Positions 12,493 through 26,300 of a stretch of DNA of 64,000 nucleotides are shown piece by piece; position 1 is the first letter of the stretch, and every line of letters begins with the position of its first letter. Made by a program: the position numbers and the translations under genes. The notes under the pieces are model-generated. The model searched no databases and was not told the DNA's origin. It saw nothing but the letters and a program-made list of their open reading frames with translations. The DNA comes from Amphiscolops sp. MND2022 (Eukaryota). Where the stretch lies: the NCBI GenBank assembly GCA_964187785.1, contig OZ076413.1, positions 45,882,001 through 45,946,000 on the forward strand, given 5' to 3'.

Positions 12493-12689
12493 ACTTTACA
12501 CAATGTATTTAAAGTGCTTTATAACTATTCATAAAGTATCGTAGCTCACCTTAATTTGTTGACATCACATGGTTCCATACAATCATGTACTATTTTTTCA
12601 AAAAGAAAATAGCAATAATTCAAATGTTTGATGGAAAAGAGAAAATTCCTTACTCATCAATTTGGAATACTATAGTTGGAAAACTCAGG

Positions 12690-12885
12690 CCATTTTCACA
12701 ATGCAATATTTTTACAAGATTCAGATCTATTTTCAGTTAGTTTAAAGTAAAAAGTCAACATTCAGCATCCTATAAATCCTAAATATGAAAAAAAATGATT
12801 TATAGGATACTGAATGTTGTCTTTATACTTTAAACTATCAGAAAATAGATCTGAATCTTGTAAAAATATTGCATTGTGAAAATGG
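12690..12885. repeat. Long inverted repeat, ~89-bp arms, 18-nt spacer
   Basis: CCATTTTCACAATGCAATATTTTTACAAGATTCAGATCTATTTTC...TATAAATC against its reverse complement, with few mismatches. Confidence 0.9.
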
Positions 12886-12966
12886 GTTGAGTAAAAACCC
12901 CTGAAAAAGCATGCAGTAACAAGGCTACCATGAGAAATACCTGATGTACATGAAAAGTGGCGCAGA

Positions 12967-15872
12967 CTTTCCTGAGAAACTAGATGAAAAAGTCTCAAAG
13001 AAAAAAACCCGATATTTTCAGGCGAAAAGACATTTTTTGGGGTTTTTGTCGTTCTGCATTACCTAAAATAGTAATCGCTCCAAGTGCAGTTATGCTGATA
13101 AACGAGATAACTTTCCTTTAGATCATCAGTGAACATAGAACATATGACCTATGGGCAGATATGCGTAGGGAAAAATGTGCTTATGGAAAAAGTCACTTTT
13201 CACTACAACTTGTAGCTTGAAGCAGTGGTGATGATACATGCTGACCACATGAAAACTTTTGTGTTTTTGGACGCTGCATTTAGTGCCAAAGCATTTAGTC
13301 TTTGGTTTCCGAAAAACCCAGTTTTTGGAAAACGGGCTTCCAATTCAATTCAAACGCAGAAAAACTGGGATATGTTTGAAGTAGGTGATTGTCATCAGGT
13401 TTTACTAAAATTTGTAACTTTCGTTCAGGAATAAACAGCAAGTACACGAAGTGTTTGTGCTAGCTGACTACCTCATGTTATTTTTCAGACTGTTTTGAAT
13501 GACCCGTTGCCTGATGAAACTGTTGGTTATTTTACTGGAAGAACGCTCTTTGCCACAGGTGTAAGTTTAACCTCCGATATATCAAGTATCAGGCACTTCG
13601 CTAGGTAAGACATTCTGCAGTCTCCACTTTTTTGATTTCCAACTCAGAATAATTAAGCCTAAAAATTGGGTTAACTTAGCCCTGACCTTCAAATTTCCAG
13701 AAAAAGCTGTCACACTGGTCGAAAATATTGAGAAGAAAAAAAATTCGACATAATGAAATACAATCTTAAACATAGGCGCAAGGCTCGCGTTAAGTATGGG
13801 CCCACATTGGTATGTGCGCAAAACATGAAAAGTTCAACAGATATATTTAACAGAAATATGCATAACCAGATTTCAACCGACCTTTAGGGAAAATGGGTCA
13901 AATTTTATGGTATTGTTTCTCCAAAATCTTTGTTTCTACTTCCCACGTCCGTCGAATCAACTAATGTTTGAAACGAAAGATGAATTGTCCACCTTATTAT
14001 ATCAATGTGAGGTAAAAAGCAAGATGACAAAAAACTTTTTTCAGAGATGAATTTTCTAAGAGTCGGGAACTTATCAGCATTGACAGAGTACAGGTTCGGT
14101 TTGACCTATCCAAATTTGCAACAATCTTGAGTTCTCGAAGAGGAAACAGGCTAGAAACAATGAATCACTATTATCTATCCAATCACGTAAGAATTCAATA
14201 TAAAATCAGCATTAGCAAATCCAATTGCTCCTAATTATTGTGTTTACCGCATTTTCCGGCGTATAAGCCACTTCTTTGAATTTTTGATTGTCAAAAGTTT
14301 GGGGAGGGGGCTTATACGATGAATATAAAACGAAGACCGTTTTTGCAGAATTAAAATATTGGCATGATCACTATTCACCCATTTGATGACGAGTTGGATG
14401 ACGCTGCAGTTGATTTTCTTTCCTGAGAAACTAGATGAAAAAGCCCCAAAGAAAAAAACCCGATATTTTCAGGCGAAAAGACATTTTTTGGGGTTTTTGT
14501 CGTTCTGCATTACCTAAAATAGTATTCGCTCCAAGTGCAGTTATGCTGATAAACAAGATAACTTTCCTTTAGATCATCAGTGAACATAGAACATATGACC
14601 TATGGGCAGATATGCGTAGGGAAAAATGTGCTTATGGAAAAAGTCACTTTTCACTACAACTTGTAGCTTGAAGCAGTGGTGATGATACATGCTGACCACA
14701 TGAAAACTTTTGTGTTTTTGGACTCTGCATTTAGTGCCAAAGCATTTAGTCTTTGGTTTCCGAAAAACCCAGTTTTTGGAAAACGGGCTTCCAATTCAAT
14801 TCAAACGCAGAAAAACTGGGATATGTTTGAAGTAGGTGATTGTCATCAGGTTTTACTAAAATTTGTAACTTTCGTTCAGGAATAAACAGCAAGTACACGA
14901 AGTGTTTGTGCTAGCTGACTACCTCATGTTATTTTTCAGACTGTTTTGAATGACCCGTTGCCTGATGAAACTGTTGGTTATTTTACTGGAAGAACGCTCT
15001 TTGCCACAGGTGTAAGTTTAACCTCCGATATATCAAGTGTCAGGCACTTCGCTAGGTAAGACATTCTGCAGTCTCCACTTTTTTGATTTCCAACTCAGAA
15101 TAATTAAGCCTAAAAATTGGGTTAACTTAGCCCTGACCTTTAAATTTCCAGAACAAGCTGTCACACTGGTCGAAAATAATGAGAAGAAAAAAAATTCGAC
15201 ATAATGAAATACAATCTTAAACATAGGCGCAAGGCTCGCGTTAAGTATGGGCCCACATTGGTATGTGAGCAAAACATGAAAAGTTCAACAGATATATTTA
15301 ACAGAAATATGCATAACAAGATTTCAACCGACCTTTAGGGAAAATGGGTCAAATTTTATGGTATTGTTTCTCCAAAATCTTTGTTTCTACTTCCCACGTC
15401 CGTCGAATCAACTAATGTTTGAAACGAAAGATGAATTGTCCACCTTATTATATCAATGTGAGGTAAAAAGCAAGATGACAAAAAACTTTTTTTCAGATAT
15501 GAATTTTCTAAGAGTCGGGAACTTATCAGCATTGACAGAGTACAGGTTCGGTTTGACCTATCCAAATTTGCAACAATCTTGAGTTCTCGAAGAGGAAACT
15601 GGCTAGAAACAATGAATCACTATTATCTATCCAATCACGTAAGAATTCAATATAAAATCAGCATTAGCAAATCCAATTGCTCCTAATTATTGTGTTTACC
15701 GCATTTTCCGGCGTATAAGCTTTTCTTTGAATTTTTGATTGTCAAAAGTTTGGGGAGGGGGCTTATACGATGAATATAAAACGAAGACCGTTTTTGCAGA
15801 ATTAAAATTTTGGCATGATCACTATTCACCCATTTGATGACGAGTTGGATGACGCTGCAGTTGATTTTCTTT
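12967..15872 (+). repeat. Tandem duplication, 1451-bp unit
   Basis: 12967-14417 is nearly identical to 14418-15868; CTTT microhomology at 12967, 14418 and 15869. Confidence 0.95.
13489..13560 (+). CDS. Candidate 72-nt exon (TVLNDPLPDETVGYFTGRTLFATG), duplicated at 14940-15011
   Basis: GCTGAC branch-like site, tttttcag acceptor, GTAAGT donor, only one open frame. A possible upstream exon at 13122-13164 is phase-compatible. Confidence 0.3.
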
Positions 15873-15970
15873 TCGAAGAAGTTTCAGAGCCAGAGGAAAT
15901 GACAGATGATGACTCCAATGTTGGTCGAATCTTTTTCCAATCAAGGCTATTTTTTATGCATTGTCCACGT

Positions 15971-16457
15971 CAGAGGTGGGACAGCGAGAGTGATAGCGGT
16001 AGCGTTAACGACAATTCAGCATTATTAGCGATAGCGATAGTTAGCGACAAATTAGGGCGTTAGCGAATATTTTCGTTCGCTAAACGGAATGCAATGCCGT
16101 TAAAGAGAAAAATTGAAAATATGATTCTGCTGAAAAATATTGGTCCATTGGTGCCCAATCATCATTGACAATTTTGATCCAGAACGTTCTGGCTGCCTTA
16201 CCCAGTACAGCTTCGGTCGAATGGTGATTCAGTCTGGCCGACAATGTGCAGAACCCTAAGGTGATTTAGACTTTGCCCAAAAAAAATTTCAAAACTTTCC
16301 GAAATTTAAATGAGTATCTTGAAAATCAGTTTTTGAATTAGCGATAGCGTTAGCGATTAGCGAACCCATTTTGTTTTAGCGAACCCATTTTGTTTTGAAA
16401 TTGAGCCATTAGCGATGTTAGCGATTAGCGATAAAATGGGTAGCGATCACACCTCTG
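15971..16457 (+). mobile_element. hAT-derived non-autonomous element
   Basis: TIR CAGAGGTG/CACCTCTG, perfect 8-bp TSD GTCCACGT, TAGCGA subterminal repeats, and an internal remnant VLAALPSTASVEW*FSLA resembling the hAT dimerisation motif. Confidence 0.9.
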
Positions 16458-17141
16458 GTCCACGTTCATACAATTTTTTCATGCATCAAATATAATCAGC
16501 ATTCGCACTTTCATGCTTCATACATAATCAGTATCGTTTCATTTCTAATCATGAATGCATGAGGACTACAAATGGCATTAGACAGTTCCAGTGACTATGA
16601 AATGTTCAAATTGGCCCCTGATCATGTAAGATTTACTGGGAGGTGTCCTTAGGGATTATATCAGGGGAATAAATTGCGATTGAAGTGATGCTTTATTTAC
16701 ATACATCATCAACATCGTGAACATTGTGATGGTAGCATTCTGACCGTGGTCTAAAAAAGGCTCCAATTTACCGCATCTACCTGTTACAAGTACCTTTGGG
16801 ATCCGGTCGGGTTGTTGCAACATGGGGATTTGTTCACGCGTCTGTGAATGTCGTTAAATCTGTATACCAAATTAGTTGGCCAATCGAGTTGGCAAATCTT
16901 TATATTTCGTTTGGAAACACAAATATTTCAGAAACATGACGAGTGTTTTTGAAATTTGAAAGACTATGGTGGTGACTTTGAGTGGTTGAAAAAACACTTT
17001 GAAGTGTTTGCTGTATAAAGAGTCAAGACTGCTAACGTGACCTGGTCTCTTAATACGGAAAACAATGTGGAATTTTAAACGGAATAGTTCACGCTGTAGA
17101 TAACTTCACAATTTTTGATCAGCATAGAATGAAAACCACGA

Positions 17142-17949
17142 CCCATGTTGAGCACTCCCTGCGAATCTGTACAGATCCTGACAGATATTGACAGATATTC
17201 TAGGATTTGTCGTCATTTAACTAGTCGTAAATACAGTTTGAAATTTAAATATTTGTTGATTAAAAAGTGCTCTACGAGATAAACACGTCTCTCAATTGAA
17301 GTTTTAAAAAGTTTCTGTGTGAATCTGTACAGATCCTGACAGATATTCCAGGATTTGACGAGGATTTGACGAGAAATAACCATGACCAAAAAATTACTAT
17401 AACGTATTCCAAGTTTCCAGCAATTACTAAAACTAATCCAGCAAACCATGTACCCGAAATATTACAACCACATCACTTTATCAACACATCTACCAAACCA
17501 GACAGTGGTCACATGTCTAATTACATCCGCCAAATCAAAGTCAATATGGCAAACGAGCCTCCCAAAGTTGAACAACCACTTTGGGAAAGTTCAAGTGAAA
17601 TGAATTAATTACCGTGCAAAACCAATACCGAATATTCCCCAGACACCAAAATTTCCGTGATGGGGGCAAACTTTCCTGCTCAAGAATTTTGAGTGACGGA
17701 GAGTTTCAACTGACTGAGCCTTGGTCAGCAAAAATACTTGTTGAAGAAGCCCAAAAATGCAAATACACTTGTTCCCAAAAACTCCGGAAAAAATTTCCTG
17801 AAAAATCTGTACAGAAAACCTTTGAACATCTGTAAAGATCCTTACAGATCTGCCGTTGTCCTTACGTAGCAGTGGCACAATCTGTACAGATCCTCAAGGA
17901 AAAAAGACTCACAGATCTATACAGATTCTCAAGGAAAGCTCAACATGGG
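17142..17949. mobile_element. MITE with CCC termini (CMC/EnSpm-like)
   Basis: TIR CCCATGTTGAGC/GCTCAACATGGG, 2-bp TSD GA, ATCTGTACAGAT subterminal repeats; related partial copy at ~40495-40828. Confidence 0.8.
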
Positions 17950-18515
17950 GACTTCATAAGTTTTTCTTATCATATTCACTTCCCGTGCGTTTCACTGCAA
18001 AACCATGTTACTTCCATGTTTAGCATGATCTCTCATGCATGCTCCTCGTATGCAATCACAGTTTATGAATGATCTTGTATCATTTGATCATCGAAAAGGA
18101 GGCAGCGTTATGTTACTTCACACGTGAATACTTGAGGTGGTCCTCGGCTGGTTTGGAGTAATAAGTTTCTCGAATTGCATTGTTTATTCGCTCAACACTG
18201 TGTCATCGTAACACACAGCGCTTAGAGTACAAAAAACACAGCGGCATATCCTATCCCAAAAAGTTCTTCAATTGCGATTTCGATCTATCATTCCGGCCTA
18301 GACTAGTTATGAAAATTGTATATCAATTGCAAAATATATCCGTTGTATGCTCTGGAATAATTTTAGAAGGAAATAATTTTTTTTCACAGGAAGTCTGGCT
18401 TTGGTGGAGCAAGGGACCCAAAAAAGTTAATAGAAAAAAAACAGGCGGCGCGTAAGAAAAAAAGAAAGCTTTTTGTCCGCGAGACAGCTCTGAGGCAAAT
18501 CAAAAACAACAGGGA

Positions 18516-18629
18516 ACCAAAAATTAGGGAATAATTTAGTTGATATTTTCTTGAACAAATTTTTCTTTGGCGCACCAAAGAAAAATTTGTTCAAGAAAAT
18601 ATCAACTAAATTATTCCCTAATTTTTGGT
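18516..18629. repeat. Perfect 55-bp-arm palindrome, 4-nt spacer
   Basis: ACCAAAAATTAGGGAATAATTTAGTTGATATTTTCTTGAACAAATTTTTCTTTGG-CGCA-reverse complement. Confidence 0.95.
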
Positions 18630-21283
18630 CATGGACATGTCCTTGTAAAGTTCTCCGTTTTTGGGAATTTTAAGTCAATTAAGACATTAGTCGGTTATTG
18701 AACTCTAAAAGATTTCAGTGCACAAATCGATTGGACTGCCTTTTTGTAAGTGCAAATTTATTCATCCGGATGAAAAACAGAATGTACCTGACATAAACAA
18801 TTGCATAAATTATTGAAAATTCCTCTGTTTTTCTATGTTGGAAATTCCAGCCGCTATGGAGTTTTCTTCATAAACTAAGATGCCAGTCAGTAAAAATCGG
18901 TATGGCTTCTGAATAAAATTTGGGTTTCCTTGAAAATCGCCCATTCATCAGTATCGAAAGGATTTGATAACTTCGAACAAATAATAATCGGTAAGAACTA
19001 TGGAAGCGACCTATATGAATATTTATTAGGCTCTTTTTTCTTTTCGCCACAATTTAAAAAAAATGAAAAAAATAAAATACACCCAATGATTTTTACAAAA
19101 TTTACTTTGCAACAACCCCAACAACATTCCATTTTACACTATTGTGTTGACTCCACCTAAATACAAAGATTCAGTTACCAATGTATGCTAGTTTTATATT
19201 TTTTCCACAGATCTTCGTGTGTGGGAAAAGGAAAAAGTTTCATTTATTCAAGTCATGAAACTCTTGACTATTTTTTGTGCATTGGTAACTTTTCTTCATT
19301 CCTTAATTACGTCACAGTTTGTTCACACTGTTTCAAATATAAATAATTCGGATTCCGTACAAAATAACATAAAATACGAGGTTTCAAAATTGTTGTAAAT
19401 ATAACAATTTCCCGTTGGGTTGATCCCTATTTCCAGACCTTTTAAATTATTGTATATAACTGTTTGTCACTGAAACCCTATAAAATCAAAGAGCTCATAA
19501 AGTAAATAAAACTCAACAGAAAGAGAGAAGTGGAAAAACATTCAGAAAGTCGTGTATTCACTTTTCTTTATCGTGTTTCATTTTTGCCCTTATTCGGTTG
19601 CCAACTATTACTCGTAAGTTGTAATTTGGTGACTGCTGTGACCAAACAAGCTTTGAACGCTCTCAGACGTTTTGTATTGCAGTTGGCATGATAAAAATTA
19701 ATGTTTTCCTTTTTATGTCTGAACCTACAGAACCTAAATGTGTGGTTTTATGTTTTATAGGAATCATATATGCGCTTGTTTGAAAGACTTCTTATTGCAA
19801 GTGGATTGTAACCAAACGGGTACGTTCCTGTTGTTTCGAATTCTCACGACATATATCAAGTCGAAAAGTAATTCATTTAAATTCAACCGCACTCATTAAA
19901 AATCAAACATGAATCAAACATTCTTAAACATATGAACATAATCGATGTTTCAAAAACTCGGATTTCACCGCCGACGGTCAGCTCGCGTGCTTTTCGACAC
20001 TATTTCCAATTCCGAGTTTGCTGAAGCTACAAGAGGACGTCGTCTACAGTGACGTTCTAAAATACGCAACTCCATTGCTTAAAACTGCAAATTTCAAATC
20101 CAAAGATCTTAAAAACTGTCACAAATACAAAAAATTGTCAGCTGGGAAAGTTTCTTAGAATTTTATCTAGTTTACAAAAATGTTTGTTTGAAATTTCTAC
20201 TACGCTTACTGAAAAGTTAGACAATTCAAATTTTAGGAAATTTTTATTGAAGTTTGAGTTTTTGCGAAAATTGAGTAGCTGCGAATTATAATTTTCGGAT
20301 TGTTTTTTCATTCGGAGACTCCCTATATTCTCCTGAACCTACTGTATTGTTTTGAACGAGAATTTTTTCGAATCAGCAAAAAACTATACTTTGTGTCTAT
20401 GAGCACTGAAGTACATGTAATAAGATAGGCTATAAGAATTGCATTTGGAAAATTGATGACTTTTATTCGAAATCGAAAAAGTCTCTTGATCAAATCATAT
20501 CAGCATCCTCAGGAGACTTGGGGGCAAATTCCAAAAACATTTTCTCAACTTTGTGAAGATCAAGAAAAAAACGAATTTGATGAAATTTTGTCAAAATTTA
20601 CAATTTCTAAACTTTTTGTAACTTTTGTCGCAGAAATTTCAGACAAACGTTTTCGAAACTAGAAAAAACTCCAACAAACTTTTCTCGTTGGCAAATGTTT
20701 GTATTCGTGACAGTCCACGAGATGTTTAGTTGTGAAACTTTCCATTTTATGCAATGAGGTTGCGATATTTTTGAACACTACCGTACTCCTCGGCACGATC
20801 TGTGACGGCACCTTCTGGTGCACAATTTCAGTCGACATTGGAATTGGGTCATGTTAAGAATTTTGGTGAAAAATTCTAATTCAATGTATCACGTGGTACT
20901 GATCGCGTGACGTCTCTTTTCGATGTTTCCATCTTTTTGAATGCAAAACGAGGACGAGAGCAGACAGAGTGAAAGCGCCGAACACGAAAAAGCTTGAGAG
21001 CTCTTAGAGACTGTGAAAACCTCTGAAAAGACAATTTTCTAGGTGCTTTCTATTGAATTTTGGCATTATGCTACCTTAAGGGGCGAAAATAGGAAAAATG
21101 AGTATTTTGCTTGAAGATCCTTGTTTGGTGCTTGGAGCCCAATATTGTAGCTGTGTGGTCGTCCATATTGATGCGTGTTCTGGTGTCTTTTCTCAGTTAT
21201 TGGCCGTATTTTCTAGCTCGAGAGCTCGTTTGTCAATTTTGGAATGACCTACGTTTCACATGTCACCCCGGAAATGAAAACCT

Positions 21284-21870
21284 CCCTAGTCGAGATTGCT
21301 TGAACATTCACCATGCTGCATGGAAACATGCAGACTAGTTTTTACAAATTTAGGGAAAATTCCGGGAGCCTGCAGGGAAATATTTTGTAGGATAACAATG
21401 CACCCTCCACTATTTGAATCAAAACTGAAAACATTTCCAATTCTTCACCGCCATGATCACTTTGTTTTAACGCGTAAGTTTGTCAAGTAAGTACTTTAAG
21501 TAATCACCGTTAGTCAAATAGCACGCTGAATATGACGCTACTTTGAAACTTATAATGTGACTGAAGTTTATTTGCATTGAAAGCGCGGTAAAATTCATAA
21601 AATTCATGACGGTCTCAACTGCTTTCAAAATTAGTACGGCATCTGAATGAAACCTGCAAAACTTTGCGGCGCAAAATTGCCGCCAAATTTAAGATGCATT
21701 TTACAGGCATGATAAAATTGCAGACATTATTTTACAATCTTGATAAAATTAAGTCGAATCAGTGAAGTTTTCTTGCATGGACGCTTCTTTGAGAATTTTA
21801 TAAAATCATGAAAAATTAGGTTGGTAGCCTACAAAAACATGTAAAAAGTTCAAGCAGTTCCAGCCATGGG
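21284..21870 (+). mobile_element. Diverged copy of the ~550-bp CCCTAGTTGAGA MITE family
   Basis: Starts CCCTAGTCGAGA, ends CCATGGG; internal AATGAAACCTGCAAAACTT..AAAATTGCCGCCAAA shared with 25752-26300. No TSD visible. Confidence 0.7.
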
Positions 21871-22212
21871 AGCTTCCTTCTGAGGCGCCCACGGGAAGCA
21901 ACCTATATGGGGTATTTTGACGTGTGACGGATAGGCGCCAGTCTGGGGCGATATCCCCATCTCTAAATGTTCCTCTACCTCTTGTAGCGTTCAATGTGAC
22001 CTATCATTGCTTGCCGTTTTACAAATTACAACAGTCTCAATCTCTAAAGGCTTCAACTAGGAATTTTTCGGTAAAGTAGCGACTGTTTTGAAACAACTCA
22101 ACCTCAACATGATTAATTCATAATACGAAGCAAAACATCTTTGTTAGTCATTTCTCTACAATCTGAATTTGAGATTCGCGAGGTTTGTCTTCATTTAAAC
22201 TAACGAGTGCTT

Positions 22213-22964
22213 CCCTGGTTGAAAAAAAATGCGTTCCATGCAAGGATCTTGCAAGATTTTCTTTTAAGGTCTTGCAAGATAATGCATTTTTCTGCAAGAC
22301 ATCTTGCAAGAATCTTGCAAGAAAAAAAAATTTCCTTGCAAGATTCTTCCAAGGAAAAAATTTCGTGGAAGATTCTCGACAATTTTTTTTATTTTTTATG
22401 TTCATTGTTTTGACTTCAAGTTGACTACTGCATCGTGACTATTAGATTCTGTCACAGAAAGGGGTTTACTTACTAGAGGGTTCAACCACCAAAAAGATGC
22501 AAACTCTAGAAAATATCTCCAAACGTGTGATCTTAGTGAAGTTATTTGAAAAGTAGTAGTACATTTCAGTGACGCAACATTTAAAATACAGTTTCAGAGT
22601 ATTCTGAAAATTTTTTCCAATCAATTGTGTTATGTACCAGTTATTGATTTGAAATTAGACTGTGCATAATATTTCGATCGAAATTATTTTTCAATTTGTT
22701 AAATTACCCTTCTGAAATAATAGTTATTAACGTTTTTGACATTATACTCAAATCACGACTACGTTAACATAATTTCTCAGTATGAAGTACATTGAACTCA
22801 AGAATCTTGCAAGGAAAGCATTTCCTTGCAAGATCTTTTAAGGAAAAAAATTTCTTGCAAGATCTTGCAAGGAAAAAATTACCTTGCAAGATCTTACAAG
22901 TAATTGCATTTTTACAAGGATCTTGCAAGATCCTTGCAAGGAACGCATTTTTTCTCAACCAGGG
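22213..22964. mobile_element. MITE with CCCTGGTTGA TIRs and TCTTGCAAGA subterminal arrays
   Basis: CCCTGGTTGAAAAAAAATGCGTTCC / GGAACGCATTTTTTCTCAACCAGGG; isolated ends also at ~1520-1550 and ~23580-23614. Confidence 0.85.
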
Positions 22965-24081
22965 TAGAAGTTCTTGCAGCAGAATGCAGTCCCAACACTA
23001 ACACTTTTTTTTCCTTTTTTTCTATTAGAAATTTAGATAATTTAGATTAATAAATTTAGACTAATAGAAGAAAATCACACACTGTCGAAAACAACACTGT
23101 AGAACAAAATTTCTATCATTTGGTCATTTCGACCGGACTGGAAAAAACCCAAAAACATACTTTTGTCACATTTTCTTTTCATTGAGTTCACGAACTAAAA
23201 AATGAATAGAGTGAAGAATCCAAAGAGCTTTCATCAGTGTTCATTTCTCATAAGTTCAAAGGAGTATTGAATTTTTTCCAGGGAAAAATTACGAGTGATG
23301 TAACGAGAGCACCAGAAACTTGGAAACAATCTTATTCGCACCGATTAATACGCATTTCAAATGAAAAACCCAGCAGCAAAACTTAATACCCTAACAAGTT
23401 CTTTCGAAAGAAAATTCTGAAAAGTCTTTCTGGAAAATGTTCCAAGTAGTGGCACCTTGTGGGTTTAGATTTGCCTTTTTCCAACTAAGAACATCGGTAA
23501 AACCAAAGTGAAAATCTTTGCGAAAACGCTCTACCAATAGACCTGGCAATTATTGCGTTTCTTGCATGAATATTGCAAAATCTTTACAAAGAATGAATTT
23601 TTGTTCAACCAGGGTAATGAACTCATTCCAACGAAAACCGTTGAACGAGCTTAAAAAAAACAAAAATGAAATAATTTTTATTTTAGGCTCATTTCAAAGA
23701 CGTTTCGAATTTCAGTTTTCTCAAAAAAAACGACGGGTTTCCTCGCTGAGTCCTGTGCTTATTCGTGTTGACAAAAAATTAAATCTAACAAAATTTTTTG
23801 AAATGGGTCATAAATTGAGTAAAAATCATAATTATGATGTTTTAATATTAGTCACTCATTTTCACAACTTCATGTGATATGAACTTAGTTTTTGCGTCGT
23901 TAAATTCTGTACAAAAAATCTTTTGAGTACAACTATGAGTAGCTTCAGACTATGGCAAAAAAAGGAAAAAGCACCGATTGAGACTTGCTTGTTCTTTTCC
24001 CACATTTAAAGAATTGTCATTTCTCTACAATCTGAATTTGAGATTCACGAGGTTTGTCTTCATTTAAACTAACGAGTGCTT

Positions 24082-24832
24082 CCCTGGTTGAAAAAAAATG
24101 CGTTCCATGCAAGGATCTTGCAAGATTTTCTTTTAAGGTCTTGCAAGATAATGCATTTTTCTGCAAGACATCTTGCAAGAATCTTGCAAGAAAAAAAAAT
24201 TCCTTGCAAGATTCTTCCAAGGAAAAAATTTCGTGGAAGATTCTCGACAATTTTTTTTATTTTTTATGTTCATTGTTTTGACTTCAAGTTGACTACTGCA
24301 TCGTGACTATTAGATTCTGTCACAGAAAGGGGTTTACTTACTAGAGGGTTCAACCACCAAAAAGATGCAAACTCTAGAAAATATCTCCAAACGTGTGATC
24401 TTAGTGAAGTTATTTGAAAAGTAGTAGTACATTTCAGTGACGCAACATTTAAAATACAGTTTCAGAGTATTCTGAAAATTTTTTCCAATCAATTGTGTTA
24501 TGTACCAGTTATTGATTTGAAATTAGACTGTGCATAATATTTCGATCGAAATTATTTTTCAATTTGTTAAATTACCCTTCTGAAATAATAGTTATTAACG
24601 TTTTTGACATTATACTCAAATCACGACTACGTTAACATAATTTCTCAGTATGAAGTACATTGAACTCAAGAATCTTGCAAGGAAAGCATTTCCTTGCAAG
24701 ATCTTTTAAGGAAAAAAATTTCTTGCAAGATCTTGCAAGGAAAAAATTACCTTGCAAGATCTTACAAGTAATTGCATTTTTACAAGGATCTTGCAAGATC
24801 CTTGCAAGGAACGCATTTTTTCTCAACCAGGG
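24082..24832. mobile_element. Duplicate of the 22213-22964 MITE (part of the tandem duplication)
   Basis: Same TIRs, interior and flanks. Confidence 0.85.
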
Positions 24833-25751
24833 TAGAAGTTCTTGCAGCAGAATGCAGTCCCAACACTAACACTTTTTTTTCCTTTTTTTCTATTAGAAAT
24901 TTAGATAATTTAGATTAATAAATTTAGACTAATAGAAGAAAACCACACACTGTCGAAAACAACACTGTAGAACAAAATTTCTATCATTTGGTCATTTCGA
25001 CCGGACTGGAAAAAACCCAAAAACATACTTTTGTCACATTTTCTTTTCATTGAGTTCACGAACTAAAAAATGAATAGAGTGAAGAATCCAAAGAGCTTTC
25101 ATCAGTGTTCATTTCTCATAAGTTCAAAGGAGTATTGAATTTTTTCCAGGGAAAAATTACGAGTGATGTAACGAGAGCACCAGAAACTTGGAAACAATCT
25201 TATTCGCACCGATTAATACGCATTTCAAATGAAAAACCCAGCAGCAAAACTTAATACCCTAACAAGTTCTTTCGAAAGAAAATTCTGAAAAGTCTTTCTG
25301 GAAAATGTTCCAAGTAGTGGCACCTTGTGGGTTTAGATTTGCCTTTTTCCAACTAAGAACATCGGTAAAACCAAAGTGAAAATCTTTGCGAAAACGCTCT
25401 ACCAATAGACCTGGCAATTATTGCGTTTCTTGCATGAATATTGCAAAATCTTTACAAAGAATGAATTTTTGTTCAACCAGGGTAATGAACTCATTCCAAC
25501 GAAAACCGTTGAACGAGCTTAGAAAAAAAACAAAAATGTAATAATTTTTATTTTAGGCTCATTTCAAAGACGTTTCGAATTTCAGTTTTCTCAAAAAAAA
25601 CGACGGGTTTCCTCGCTGAGTCCTGTGCTTATTCGTGTTGACAAAAAATTAAATCTAACAAAATTTTTTGAAATGGGTCATAAATTGAGTAAAAATCATA
25701 ATTATGATGTTTTAATATTAGTCACTCATTTTCACAACTTCATGTGATATG

Positions 25752-26300
25752 CCCTAGTTGAGACTGCAGGAACTTTTTACATGCTGCAGGCCTGCATGCA
25801 GCGTAATTGTTTATAAAACCTAGAAAATTCAGGGTAATTCAGGTGGTAAATCTTGTAGAATTACACTGTATTTTCCACTAAGGAAATTAAATTTGAAAAT
25901 AGATACAACATCATCACTGACACGACCTTATTGTGTTTACAATTTGCTTTCTCAACTACTCATCTGATGTGATCACCGCGTCTCAAATAGGACGCTAAAC
26001 ATGACGGTATATTGCAGTTTATTAGGTGACTGAAGTAATTTTGCATTAAAATGGCTGTTAAACTGAGAGCAATTTATTTGCTTTTAAAATTAGAACTGCT
26101 TCTTAATGAAACCTGCAAAACTTCAAGGCGTAAAATTGCCGCCAAAACTTTGATGAATCTTTCAAGCAGCTTGATAAAAGTCGAATACAACAGGTAATTA
26201 TTTTCTCATTAAAGTTTCCGTAAGAGTTTTAGAAAATCATAATAAAAGTTGCTGGCAACATTAAAGTACATGCAAAAAGTTCAAGAAGTTTCAACAAGGG
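25752..26300 (+). mobile_element. MITE (CCCTAGTTGA...TCAACAAGGG) with its empty site visible at ~23878
   Basis: Filled: GATATG[element]ATGAACTTAG; empty: GATATGAACTTAG. This gives a target duplication of ATG. Confidence 0.9.

Noticed and set aside
15815..16063. Acidic ORF MITIHPFDDELDD...
   Set aside because: Spans a pogo-like remnant and runs into the hAT MITE; chimeric, not a gene.
22148..24869. ORFs rich in LARFLQ / SCKIL
   Set aside because: They are translations of palindromic TCTTGCAAGA MITE arrays and are open on both strands.
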